Assembly: GCA_003990765.1 (NCBI GenBank)
Contig: RBNJ01000014.1
Location: forward strand, 1 to 64,000
Direction: 5' to 3'
Length of the DNA: 64,000 nt
From: Jimgerdemannia flammicorona
Taxonomy: Eukaryota
In this document: piece by piece, positions 51,925-62,796 of the stretch
Position numbering within the stretch: the first letter of the stretch is position 1
Layout: each line of letters opens with the position of its first letter
Translations under genes and position numbers: made by a program
Notes under the pieces: generated by a model
What the model saw: the letters and a program-made list of their open reading frames with translations, nothing else
What the model was told of the DNA's origin: nothing
Databases searched by the model: none

Positions 51925-52950
51925 ACTAACTTATTCAATTTGGCTAATTGAGCTATTCTTATTTAACTTAAAATTCAGTATAACTAAAATTATATCATTC
52001 TCATTCTCCTTCTCTTCAGAGGGTCTGACTAAATTATTTTTTACATTCTTTACAATTGTGGTGAAGTCAGTGGGGGCTCTGAGAGGTAAGAAAAGGAAGT
52101 TGTTGATATTATCTTCTAATAAAATAAGTGGGTTGCTATCATTTTCTAAGTTGTTTTGAGAGGTGATATCATTGTTGATAATATCATCAAAGAGCATATA
52201 GTCATTCTGCTCTTGAGGTCTCTAGTCAATAGTAATATTGTCTATAAAGTAGAGAATATCTGTAGAATTCTAAAAGAAGTAGACTCTCAAAAGAGAACCT
52301 TGAAATAGTATAATAAAACTATAGATGAATTGGTCTGAATTATCCTCTAGGATAGAGTTCAAAAGGTCTTGAACCTCATCACTTTTAACTATGATAGTAG
52401 ATTGGACTTCTTCTGTAACTATTTCTTCAAGATAGTTTGTCAGTTCTTGAACATCAGAGACTTTGACATATTTTAGATTGGGAATAGTCCAGGATGTATG
52501 CCTAAAGATCTGATGAACTCTTTTGGCTAATTTCTATTTATATCTGTCCATGCAAGTAGTATCTATAATTTCTTGAAAGCTGGTTGGTGAGAATTCTTAA
52601 TGAAGGTAATGTCTCTTTTCATATCCTTATTATATCTAAAGATACTTAGCAGTAGTGGTAATTTTTGTTTCCATTTCACAGCAGTTGAGAGTATAGTAAT
52701 AGAGGTCTCTTATATATTGAAATTCTTCTTATATACAATTACATAGTCCTCTTGATATTAGTAAATATTTATTATTGAACTAATGGGCCTGAATGACTCC
52801 TTGATCTTGCTGTTTAGTAGATGACAGATATTTTATAGTAAGTCTCTTATTTGATATCTTGTACTTTTCTTCTTATTGCTTCTTTTATATCTTAAGAGTC
52901 TTCTTCTGTGGTTCAGAGGATATAGTTACCTGATTTAGAGTAGTATACCA
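51925..52950 (-). pseudogene. Degenerate coding remnant, probably the 5' internal region of LTR element 4
   Basis: Coding-like purine bias on the minus strand (ORF 51931-52197) downstream of the PBS at ~53480; no diagnostic motif. Confidence 0.35.
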
Positions 52951-53089
52951 TTAGAGTCATTATGAGTTATTATGAGTTCAGATATAAATCATCTTATAAT
53001 CAAGATAAGTTACAGTTGAGTCATGATTTGCAACTAGTGGCTTACAGAGTCTGGGCAGTCTTCTGAATTCTAATATCACTAGTTTTGAA

Positions 53090-53459
53090 GATATTATTAC
53101 ACTATATAATAAACAAGATCATTATGTAGAAATTATATAAGAAAACTACTTATACTATACAGAGATATCATATAGGAATTATATAAGAAAATTCACTTAC
53201 AGAAATCATCATATAGAAATTATATACTTTTAGAAACTACTTATATTATATATAAATTACTACTATATCCAAAAACTATCCTAATAAAAAAATCTACCAA
53301 AATTGACTACGATATTCAGATTTGACTATTAAACTACTAAACACTAATAAGAAATCTTAAAATATTTTATCAATTTTTAACAAAGTAACTGAAAGCTCAA
53401 GCCAAACTATATCAACTCTCCAACCTTGTAATTTACCTCTATTAAGCTAGTATATTATA
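53090..53459 (+). repeat. Inverted LTR (U5) fragment of the element 1/2 family
   Basis: GCTCAAGCCAAACTATATCAAC..CCAACCTTGTAATTT is the reverse complement of the LTR end at 4286-4400. Confidence 0.8.
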
Positions 53460-53495
53460 GTAGATTTTAAAAAAAATTCCAGTTAAGCTTCTAAA

Positions 53496-54273
53496 TATAA
53501 TATATTAGCTTAATAGTGGCAAATTATAAAAGTTGGATAACTATGTAAATTGGCTTAAGCCTTTAGTCACTTTGTCAAAAAGTAATAAAATATTCAGTTG
53601 ATTTCTAAAAGTATAAGTTCTCTTATTTATATAATATAGATAATTTTGGCAATTTCCTTAATAGATATAGATTCTGTATAATATGACAATATAACAGACT
53701 TCTCTAAATAGTAGCTAAGTTCTTTAGACTTAATATGATAAGCAGATCAAAATTAGTAGACTTCTCTTTATCAGAAAGTAGATCAGAGTAGAAAAGAGAA
53801 TAAAGCTCACAATCTCCTTAATAGTAACTTTAGAGTGGGTATTTATCTTAAGTGTTGCAATTATTTCTTTAGATCAAGTGACTCTTGTTAGATATATCTC
53901 TCAAAGTATATTATAGACAAATTTGACTTTTGCTTTTTTTTTGACTTTCAGACTGAGGTTTATTCACTCAAATCTCTGAGGTATTTATACAAGTATGGTT
54001 GCTATCTGATTGCTATCTGAGTAATTATAAAATATGTACACAGTAAGGCTAATTTAGAGAGAGTGTGATTACTTATTCCCTTGGGGAATGAGTGTTCCTG
54101 CAAGGAATACATGTCCCACATAGAATGAGTATTCCTTTAGAGATTAGCATACCCTGATTTGATACATCTAATTATTTATAAAAGTTGTAGTACATGTGGG
54201 TAACTACGTGGGGTAACTATGCTAAGTGTTCTTTGTATGTCATCTGGCTATACTATACTATTCGCTTGTCACA
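53496..54273 (-). repeat. 5' LTR of a fourth related gypsy element, with degenerate PBS at ~53476-53493
   Basis: Homologous U5 end, AAGCTCACAATCTCC and GACTGAGGTTTATTCACTC blocks; ends TGTCACA followed by ATAT. Confidence 0.85.
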
Positions 54274-54505
54274 ATATTCAGGATATATGGCACTCAATCA
54301 CATACTGCGCACCTTCCAGCTCATATTCAACGACTCTACGTTTGCTGCATATGGAAAATACCAGAAGGCTTATGTTCGTCCTAAGGTACAAATACAAGTA
54401 GAGTTAGCATAGGCGAATTGTGCTAGCATAATACAAATTCTTCGTAATCTGTTTGTACAATAACTCATTGCACGCCTAATTACAGGTATTATTTAAACGA
54501 AATAT

Positions 54506-55000
54506 CTATTCGAAATCGTGAAATTGGAGCTGAAAGCGAATTAGGCGCATGTCGAGGTCCTTCGAAGGCCATTACACAGGGGATCGATGCTAAGCCGGCC
54601 CCTATTAACCTTTGTCACGAGCTCCAGCTTGAATCTTTCGAAATCCCTCGAACTGGTCAAAGCGCTCTTCGATAAAGTCCCAGAAGGTTGCCCAATTCAG
54701 GTGGTCGCAGGCGCTGCGCTCCACGGATTTGAATCTCCTTTCGATTTCTACTATCCGGGGCCTTCGCCGTGGCGCCACCAGGCTCTCCGAATCTGAGTTC
54801 AGGAATCGCAAGTCAAGCACCACGAAACTGCCCCAGCGCTTTCTGTTCTTCACTAGGACCTGATCGTGGATCATCTGGATAAAGCGCACTATGTGCACAC
54901 CGAACACCTCCTTCATAGGGCTAAGGGGGGGTATCTTTTCCTCAGGAGGTGAGCGAGACGGACGTTGTGAGTGACGACGACGAGAACATGTGTTACCCAT
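54506..55000 (-). pseudogene. Orphan family copy 1 (MGNTCS...), frameshifted
   Basis: Aligns to 58001-58534 through to FQLQFHDFE*. Small deletions shift the frame and give an early stop at 54605. Confidence 0.85.
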
Positions 55001-55077
55001 GTTGGATTGGCCGAAAGGACAGGAATGCGATGGGCTGAGATGCAAAGGGAAGGAAACCTTTTTCATCGTAAATGGAG

Positions 55078-55092
55078 AGGGTTTATATAGTG
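55078..55092 (-). promoter_or_regulatory. TATA box (TATAAACCC) upstream of copy 1; same motif at ~58583-58592 and ~61603-61612
   Basis: Conserved 55-90 bp upstream of the ATG in three paralogs. Confidence 0.7.
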
Positions 55093-55246
55093 TGTTGAGT
55101 TTTGGTTATTGTATGTCAGGTCTTGGCTCCGGGTGTGGTATATTAGCTAATATGGCTGAGAACGCGTTCTAAAGTCTGTTCGATTTGTGCAATATGCGAC
55201 CTAAAAGGGGTTCCCTTATTTCTAGCGAGCTCGTCTACTTCACATT

Positions 55247-55330
55247 TCGGATGAAGCGCACTATGAGCACCCCGTTAAACTTCATCATAGGCCTAAGGCG
55301 GGATGGGACATCTCATTTTCAGAAGGTGGA
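55247..55330 (-). pseudogene. Short fragment of the orphan family
   Basis: CGGATGAAGCGCACTATGAG...CATCATAGG.CTAAGGCGGGAT matches 58410-58467. Confidence 0.75.
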
Positions 55331-55515
55331 TCTCAGGATAAGTGCAAACTGCTATTACAGAGGTTAGGGGATGGTGGGTGCCGGACTGCCTAAAAATGAG
55401 GTCGAAGCGATTAAAACGTCACTTAAGAGTATTATAACACGTTGTCTAAAAGGACATTGAACCGATAATTTTATACCTTAGTCCAACGCATTCCGGCCCT
55501 TTCTGTTAATCAAAC

Positions 55516-55890
55516 ATGGGCAACATAAAACGTCAGTCCCGCTTACCTCGTGTAGAAAAGGTGTCTCGCCTTAGTCCTATGAAGGAGGTGTACGATGAAG
55601 ATCCACGACCAAATCCTGGTGAAGAACCGAAAACGCTGAGACAACTTCGTGGTCCTTGACTTGCGGTTCCCGAATTCAGAGCCGGAGAGGCAGCAAAGGG
55701 CCCCGCGGACAGCAGAAACCGAACGGAGATGTCAAGGAGGAGTTGGAAAGATTCAAGTTGAAGCTGGTGATAAAGGTCAGGGGCCGAGCCACCCTGGCCA
55801 GCCATTGGCCATATGGCCAGCCATCTGGGATCCCTACGAACCTCCCGGTGTACTGGTCGTCGAAGGACCTCAACATGCGCTCGATTCTCT
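55516..55890 (+). pseudogene. Orphan family copy 2, inverted, deleted and frameshifted
   Basis: MGN start; VSRLSPMKEVY, VVLDLRFPNSEPER, ERFKLKLV, VYWSSKDLNMR in shifting frames. Confidence 0.85.
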
Positions 55891-56899
55891 CGCCAAAAAT
55901 ACCCGCCCTTAAGTCCGCGGTTCCAACATTGCTTTGGGAAGCGCGAACCCTTTATGACCCGGAGATGAAGCATCAAGGGCTATTTACTGCGCACGAGGCT
56001 GCTAGCGAGTGCGCAGTTATTTTTGAAAAATGAAGATGGATACATAAACATAAAACGTTACAATAGCCACAAAAAGTTTAAATTTGGGAACGTGAGTGGC
56101 TACAAGTTTAAAATGGTAATCTATTCGCGTGAGTCGCTTTGGTAAAGATCTTTAATATGAGTTTATATATGATTGGAAGCTGACCTAGAAGGCCTAATTC
56201 GTAGTTGGTACCAGCATCTGCTAATCACAAACAAAGGCTTTGACGATACCCTCGGGTTGTTGTAACTGTTAGTTACTGCCAATTGATAAGATAATATGGA
56301 TCCTGAATTTGGGACATTTTCATTATTTTAAAAAAACCTGCCAACACATTTATCAGAAAATGACAAATCTTGACGTAATACCAAATTACAAATTTGGATA
56401 ATAGAATAACATCCAACGATCTCTGGTATGCAGGGAATAATCTTGGCGTCCAAATATGCATTGTGAAGTGAGTAGATAATCGTAAAAAAGGTCATATGAG
56501 GTGGGTCATTTTCTATTTGCTGATCTCCGTGTCGTCCAACAGCACGCGCACTGAAGTGCCCGACATCATATTCGCCGATGCCCCATGCATGCAACTGTCC
56601 ATCAGATCCCCGATCGAGTTCATCGAGCACCCAACGAAAACCGAGTTCGATGTGGATGTGTACCAGGAGAAGATCTCGTCGACTATCGCCTTCGAACCCA
56701 TGCAACACACGCACGGGGTTATCCAAGTCAAGCAATAAGACCAATCCGACCACGAGCAAGCACTTCCCGACAGACTCACTGACACCAAATCCAACCACCT
56801 CCACTGCTCCTATCCCCAACCGACCCACTTCATTGGAGCGTCCCCTCTCCGCCTCCAGCCTCGCGCCACCTCCCGGACACGTCTGTCTGGAACGTCCCA

Positions 56900-57360
56900 A
56901 GCGTCGCCACAGCCGCCGCGGCGACCACCACGCGACGCAAGCATATCCCATGCGCGTTGGCAGCATATGATTGATGGCTATATGGTGCGTGACTACAGCT
57001 ACAACTATATACATCACGTGCAAACGGCTCGTGCAGCGGTGGAAGACAACGGCCACACCCTCGAGGCGTGCGGGAGGGGGGAGAGCCAAGAAACTGTCGG
57101 CAGGGAATTTGGCCGCGCTAGAGAGCATTATCAAGGAGAACCGTGGGGCTAGGCTCGTATCCAATTTCCTATCACTTGGCTTGAATTCCATTCGGCTCGC
57201 ACAACCTGAAACTTGTCTTGCTTCCTTACTCGCGCGACGCACGCTTTCGACAACCTCAGTGACTCGGTAGCTGCAATTATCCACCACCTCAAGCTCCAGT
57301 TCCTAGATCCACATCACAATCTTCACGCTTATCTCTCCCGACTTGGCATGGCTCCGATCG
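56900..57360 (+). pseudogene. Tc1/IS630-type helix-turn-helix DNA-binding region, disrupted or intron-split, no DDE domain seen
   Basis: TCKRLVQRWKTTATPSRRAGGGRAKKLSAGNLAALESIIKENRGARL matches the Tc1 HTH-GRPR linker pattern, followed by ...AYLSRLG. Confidence 0.6.
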
Positions 57361-57894
57361 ATGTCGGTATCTCCCGATCCTTCGTCGATGCCAGCCACAG
57401 TACGGGTATCTATGGCCGAATCGAATTCTTCTTCCACGGAACACAAACTTTTGCGTCTGATGTATACTTCATCCCTACCCTCACACTCAGCAAATTGGAA
57501 CCGATTTCATACCATGGTCAGAAATGAATTCCGAACGGCGAAAACCCTCATCTGCTTAAATTGATTTTATGGAGGAAAAACGTATTAGAATTATAAAATA
57601 AAGTATACAATATAACATGTCAGCGGATACGACCAGTACTTTTCATGAACTCGGACTGTAAAGCTCCCACTGTTCTTGACTGCGCTATCTCCGGCTCATA
57701 TCAATGAGTCAAAGACCCTGCATTTTTTCCATATAGGAAATACCGGAAGACTTTAGGTGAAGATATTAGTGCGGGATCGTCGAATGATATAGGCATATCA
57801 GCCAAAAGAATAGAAAAGTCGAATCGACGTGGCTTAGCATGGTCATTACAGTATGCTACGTGACATGCCCATATTATACATGCGCCTTTCTATT

Positions 57895-59823
57895 TCCACA
57901 CTCTCATATTAGCAAGATGCGAATTGTTCATGATACTATTTGTACAATAACCCTCACTGACGAAATGACTGAGGGTGCATGTGCTACACATACGAAATGT
58001 CTATTCCAAATCGTGGAATTGAAGTTGAAAGCGAATCAACCGCATGTCAGGGTCCTTCGAAGGCCAATACACCGAGGGATTCACCTTTGTAATGATGTGA
58101 TTTACACTGAGCCGGCCCCTATTGACCTCTGTTACAAGCTCCAACTTGAATCTTTCAAACTCCGCCTCGGTCTCGTCAAAGCGCTCATCGACGAAGTCCC
58201 AGAATGCTGCCCAGCTCAGGCGGTCGCAGGCGCTGCGCTCCACGGATTTGAGATTCTTCAACATCTCCTTTCGATTATTACTGTCCGCGGGACCCTTTGC
58301 CGTGATCGCTACCAGCCTCTCCGGCTCTGAGTTCGCGAACCGTAAATCAAGCACCACGAAGCTGCCCCAGCGTTTTCGATTCTTCACCAGGACGTGATCG
58401 TAGATCATCCGAATGAAGCGCACTATGAGTACACCGTACACCTCCATCATAGGGCTAAGGCGGGATACCTCATCTTCAGGAGGTGCGTGGGACCGACGTT
58501 TTGAGGCACGGCGGCGAGAGAATATGTTTCCCATATTGGATTGTAAAATGAATGGATTCAAGTTGTTTCAGAACAGACTGGGAGGGTTTATATTATTTTA
58601 GTTTAAGACGTATGTGTGTGATGCTAGAATTATTAAGTCATGGAAGTACTTAGAATCGAAAAACACCAGGGCAACACGTTAGCGAACTTGTGACTGCTAC
58701 CGTTAGTTCTGGAAATTGCCAAGCATCCCAGTCGGATATTAATTCATCCCGTGTCAGTGATGTTGGTGAACGGAGAATTATTTCTATGGATTATGGATGT
58801 ATACAAAGCATGTGACAGGGGAGCGATTTCACGATCATACTCTGATACGTTAAACGATAGCAGTATCGTGGGAAAAAGAAAATGAAAAATAGCGAGTGTG
58901 AGAAACAAGGAAAAATGAATCAATGTTTCCAATATTTTAATCTTGTTGAAACTAGTTGATTGGCATTAGATATCAGCTACCACGCATACTATGACATATC
59001 TATCATGACGGTTGCCGATTTCGACACGCTTGACACTATTCTCCCTGTCTGAACAGTGGACATGAGTGGCTAGGCGTCGATGCCGGTGGATTATAAATTG
59101 TGTTTCGTGCACTACATACCGTTTCTTTCCCCTTCCAGCGGTACACCACTGTGAGAGTAACACGGAAAACAAGACCAACGGCACCTTTGATAAGCATGGT
59201 CTATTCGGACGCTTGCATGCCAGGCCTTCCAGGAAGAAAATTGGTGCACTAGGTACGGGAAGATATTGGTCGGGGTCGGCCTCTGCCCGCTCGGGGTTAT
59301 GTGGAAATTGCGCATTTTGGCCTGTCAAGGATGTGTATAAAGATCGAAATTGATAAGTGTGATTGTTAGCGAGGCGAGGAGTGACTTGGTTTTGGGTTGT
59401 GGTTGTCAAAAGTTGATGTTTTATATAAACATCACTAGTCGCCTACACGTTTCGACGCGCAGAGCAATTTGGGAGAAATGACAACGTGAGCGAAGCATAC
59501 AGACACACGCTGTTTTCGTCCCGTTCGCTTAGTTGAGACAACCACGACAAAGAAAAAAGTAACATCTTGGCAGACAAGACAATGGAAAGCAGTATACTTA
59601 TGACAATTGTGTATTTTATGGTGGTTCATAAGAAATCTGCTGTACATAATCCTATGTCTATGCACCAAATTGTGAATAAGTTGATGCTTCATAAATTGGG
59701 TAACCTGGTTTGCATAATTCGATTACATAGCAGATAGGATATTTAAGGATAAACAGAGTTCTAAAGGTTTGGGTCTACATGGCGTAGCCGAACAGCACAG
59801 TAAAAAGGTAAAATAGGATTACT
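57895..59823. repeat. Segmental duplication unit A (paralogous to 60890-61615 plus 62797-64000)
   Basis: Collinear similarity over the gene, its flanks and a ~1-kb upstream block. Confidence 0.88.
58001..58534 (-). CDS. Orphan family copy 3, 177-aa hypothetical protein, predicted N-myristoylated (MGNIFS + polybasic)
   Basis: Intact ORF, upstream TATA, synonymous differences versus copy 4 at the C-terminus. Confidence 0.82.
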   Translation of the reverse strand: MGNIFSRRRASKRRSHAPPEDEVSRLSPMMEVYGVLIVRFIRMIYDHVLVKNRKRWGSFVVLDLRFANSEPERLVAITAKGPADSNNRKEMLKNLKSVERSACDRLSWAAFWDFVDERFDETEAEFERFKLELVTEVNRGRLSVNHIITKVNPSVYWPSKDPDMRLIRFQLQFHDLE

Positions 59824-60991
59824 GACATCCTCGTCCGTTTGTATACGGCTTCAGGAAATCGCAATAGGAGTCGATAAAATTATTCCTGAGGAAGAAATAA
59901 AACCAACGAGAATTTAAGCAGATTCACCGATTTCGCCTAGTTCAGTTACTGGAGTTGCTAGTGAGAATAAAATCGACTAATAAGTTGTGACGCACTATTC
60001 ACCGAATGACTGGGTGGCCCCAGCTCCAGTTAAAGCTTCTCGAAGACGGAACGGCTGCGCTCGCGAAGGAATCACGCCAACACTATCGTGGCACCTCCTC
60101 AAACTCCGCTGGGATCATGCTCTCACGCAATCGATCGGGATTCTTCGCGACAGCGACGGACGCGATATCCCGTGGTAGCACAGGGTTGCAACAGCATACA
60201 TCAGACGCAGGAGTTTGTGTCCCGTAGATAAAAAGCTCGGGGGAGATAGTCGATCCGTGACTGGCGTCGTCGAAGGATCGGGAGATACCGCCGTCGATCA
60301 GAACCGGCGCGTCTTGGTGAACGTGCGGGAGTAGAGGTCGTGGTAACTGTAGCCAAGCGGTGGTCGGAGAGACGTTGCGCGGGGAGCGTTGACATGTGTA
60401 CCAGTCGGTTGTTTGGTGCGCAGGAGGAGTTTCGGCAGCGGCTGTCAGGGATCAATTGTTTATAGGCTCGGATTCCAACAGGTATAGACGAAACACACAC
60501 CACGGATTCCATTTCTTGTTTCAACTCTTTGGGTGCGGAATGCATCGCGGGCTTCCCGTTGACAGTGGCGACAATTCCTTTGCGAACTCTCCTTCACAAT
60601 AAGTGAATATCGGTGAGTTTATCAGCGGGAAACCAGACGAGATAGTCAACGAGTTGCGGGACGCCTAGTTGAGAGAGATGGGCGTGAAAGCGGTTAGTGC
60701 GGGCCTCATAGGGAAACAGAGATTCATGGCATAATACTTTGACTCCATCGCATACTGCGCACCTTCCGGCTCACAGTGAGCGACCATGTTTTTATTGCAT
60801 ATGGGAAACTTAAACGGAAGAGATTAGAATACAAGCATAAGCAAATCAATCGAAACGACTTAGCATAATTTAAATATACATGCAACATTTCCCTCATATT
60901 AGCATATTGCATATTGTTCGTGATGATGTATGTACAATAACTCTTCACTGCCGAATTGGTTAAGGGTGTATGTGTTCGACATACAAAATGT

Positions 60992-61522
60992 CTATTCCAA
61001 GTCGTGGAATTGGAGTTGAAAGCGAATCAACCGCATGTCGGGGTCCTTCGAAGGCCAATACACCGAGGGATTCGCTTTTGTAATGATATGGTTTACTGTG
61101 AGTTGGCCCCTATTCACCTTTCTCACAAGCTCCAACTTGAATCTTTCAAATTCCCCCTCGGTCTCGTCAAAGCGCTCATCGACGAAGTCCCAGAAGGTCT
61201 CCCAATTCAGGCGGTCGCAGGCGCTGCGCTCCACGGATTTGAGTTTTTCCAATATCTCCTTTCGATTCTTGCTGTCCGCGGGACCCTTTGCCGTGACCGC
61301 CACCAGCCTCTCCAGCTCTGAGTTCGGGAACCGCAAGTCAAGCACCACGAAGCTGCCCCAGTGTTTTCGGTTCTTCACCAGGACGCGGTCGTGGATCATC
61401 TGGATGAAGCGCACTAAGAGCATACCATGCACCTCCATCATAGGACTAAGGCGGGATACTTCATCTTCAGGAGTTGCGCGTGACTGACGTTTTGAGAAAC
61501 GATGGAGAGAGAATATTCCCAT
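60992..61522 (-). CDS. Orphan family copy 4, 176-aa hypothetical protein
   Basis: Intact ORF highly similar to copy 3; upstream TATA. Confidence 0.82.
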   Translation of the reverse strand: MGIFSLHRFSKRQSRATPEDEVSRLSPMMEVHGMLLVRFIQMIHDRVLVKNRKHWGSFVVLDLRFPNSELERLVAVTAKGPADSKNRKEILEKLKSVERSACDRLNWETFWDFVDERFDETEGEFERFKLELVRKVNRGQLTVNHIITKANPSVYWPSKDPDMRLIRFQLQFHDLE

Positions 61523-61685
61523 GTTGGATTGGTGAAAGGTTGCAATGCGTTGGGTAAAGGTGTAAAATGAATGGATTCAAGGTGGTTCAGACCAGACTGG
61601 AAGGGTTTATATTTATATAAATTAATTGTATGAACACCTTAAAATTTATGTGTATACTAAGAGTACAGCGTTTTTCCTTTACAAC

Positions 61686-61975
61686 GAGTAACCTTGACGT
61701 CACGTCAACCTCGGATTTATATAAATTGATGGCGTTCCTCCTTCAAGGGAGTAACCTTGACGTCAAGTCAACCCCGGGTTTATATAAATGATGGCAGTAG
61801 ACACCTTATGATGCATGTGTATACTAATAAGCAATTCAAAGAGTACCGCAACGAGCAACCGCACGTCAACCCCGTGAATATTGCGTGACGTAATGCGTGA
61901 CGTCTGCGTGACGCATTGCGTAACGTATTGCGTGGTATTTGATTGGTTTGTCTACCACGTGACTACATGACGTAA
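61686..61975. promoter_or_regulatory. Cluster of CRE/bZIP-like sites with a duplicated TGACGTCA + TATAAA module
   Basis: Two ~50-bp direct repeats, a tandem TGCGTGACG array, ATTGG, CACGTG and TGACGTAA. Confidence 0.55.
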
Positions 61976-62796
61976 GCCTTCTTGGATCATCGTCTCAAAG
62001 AAACGGGCGGTTGTTTATCTCTCGAGGTCCACGGACATATATACGTATCCATTCCATGTAAATTATCAATTTTTATGACCACTTGGTCACCGTATCGAGT
62101 TTCAATGTCGAACAAAAATCAGGTATTAATGAGGCTGCGATCCGAAATATATTATCATCGTGGAATCCATAGAAAACTCTCCACAATGTAATTAGTTATC
62201 GTGTCTAGCCCTGAAATGATAATATACGATGTATCTGCTACTGTTGTTCGGCAAATGTTAGGATTGCCTGGCGTGCCGAGGATACTTTAGAGAAATTGGC
62301 TTTATTGATGGCATCCATGTGGAATGTATAGGAACGAGGGACGCCTATTTTGGAGCACGCTGGCCTCGTCTAAATCCAGGAGGTATTGGACGAGTTCAGT
62401 AAATATTTACAATATATGTGATATGTATTCCCGAGAAATAATCCCCTGACACGGTCGAGATAATTTAAGCCTGTCTTTTACGACCGTCTACAACGCAGGC
62501 CCATCGTGGTTCCTAATCGGAACTTCTACATCGCACGGCCAACGATAATGCTGCCAGGATTATCCACAGCCTCACTCGTGACATTAAAAAAATTTTGAGT
62601 AAGGAAACGAAGGACGAGAAGAATGTAATTAATTGCGCCTCGGTAGTTATTAGCAAGCTTTGCTCGGCGCACTCGTAGCGTCTTGGAATATAAATAGTAA
62701 AAATTGACTGCATACAAATTTCCCTCCTAGAACAGATTACACGTGTACATGTGACGTCGGTTGATAGTTGCGCTAAGTCGGATAAAAATTCACCCC

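Noticed and set aside
56328-57287. 319-aa minus-strand ORF
   Set aside because: No motif and a non-ATG start; the opposite strand carries the HTH-like signal, so it is probably a GC-rich shadow ORF.
57839-58330. Plus-strand ORFs overlapping the orphan genes (also 60956-61321, 61035-61487)
   Set aside because: Substitutions checked between paralogs are synonymous in the minus-strand frame, and TATA/ATG context supports the minus strand.
60396-60602. Faint resemblance of CAGGVSAAA...HH to histone deacetylase
   Set aside because: Too few matching residues and no downstream HDAC motifs.
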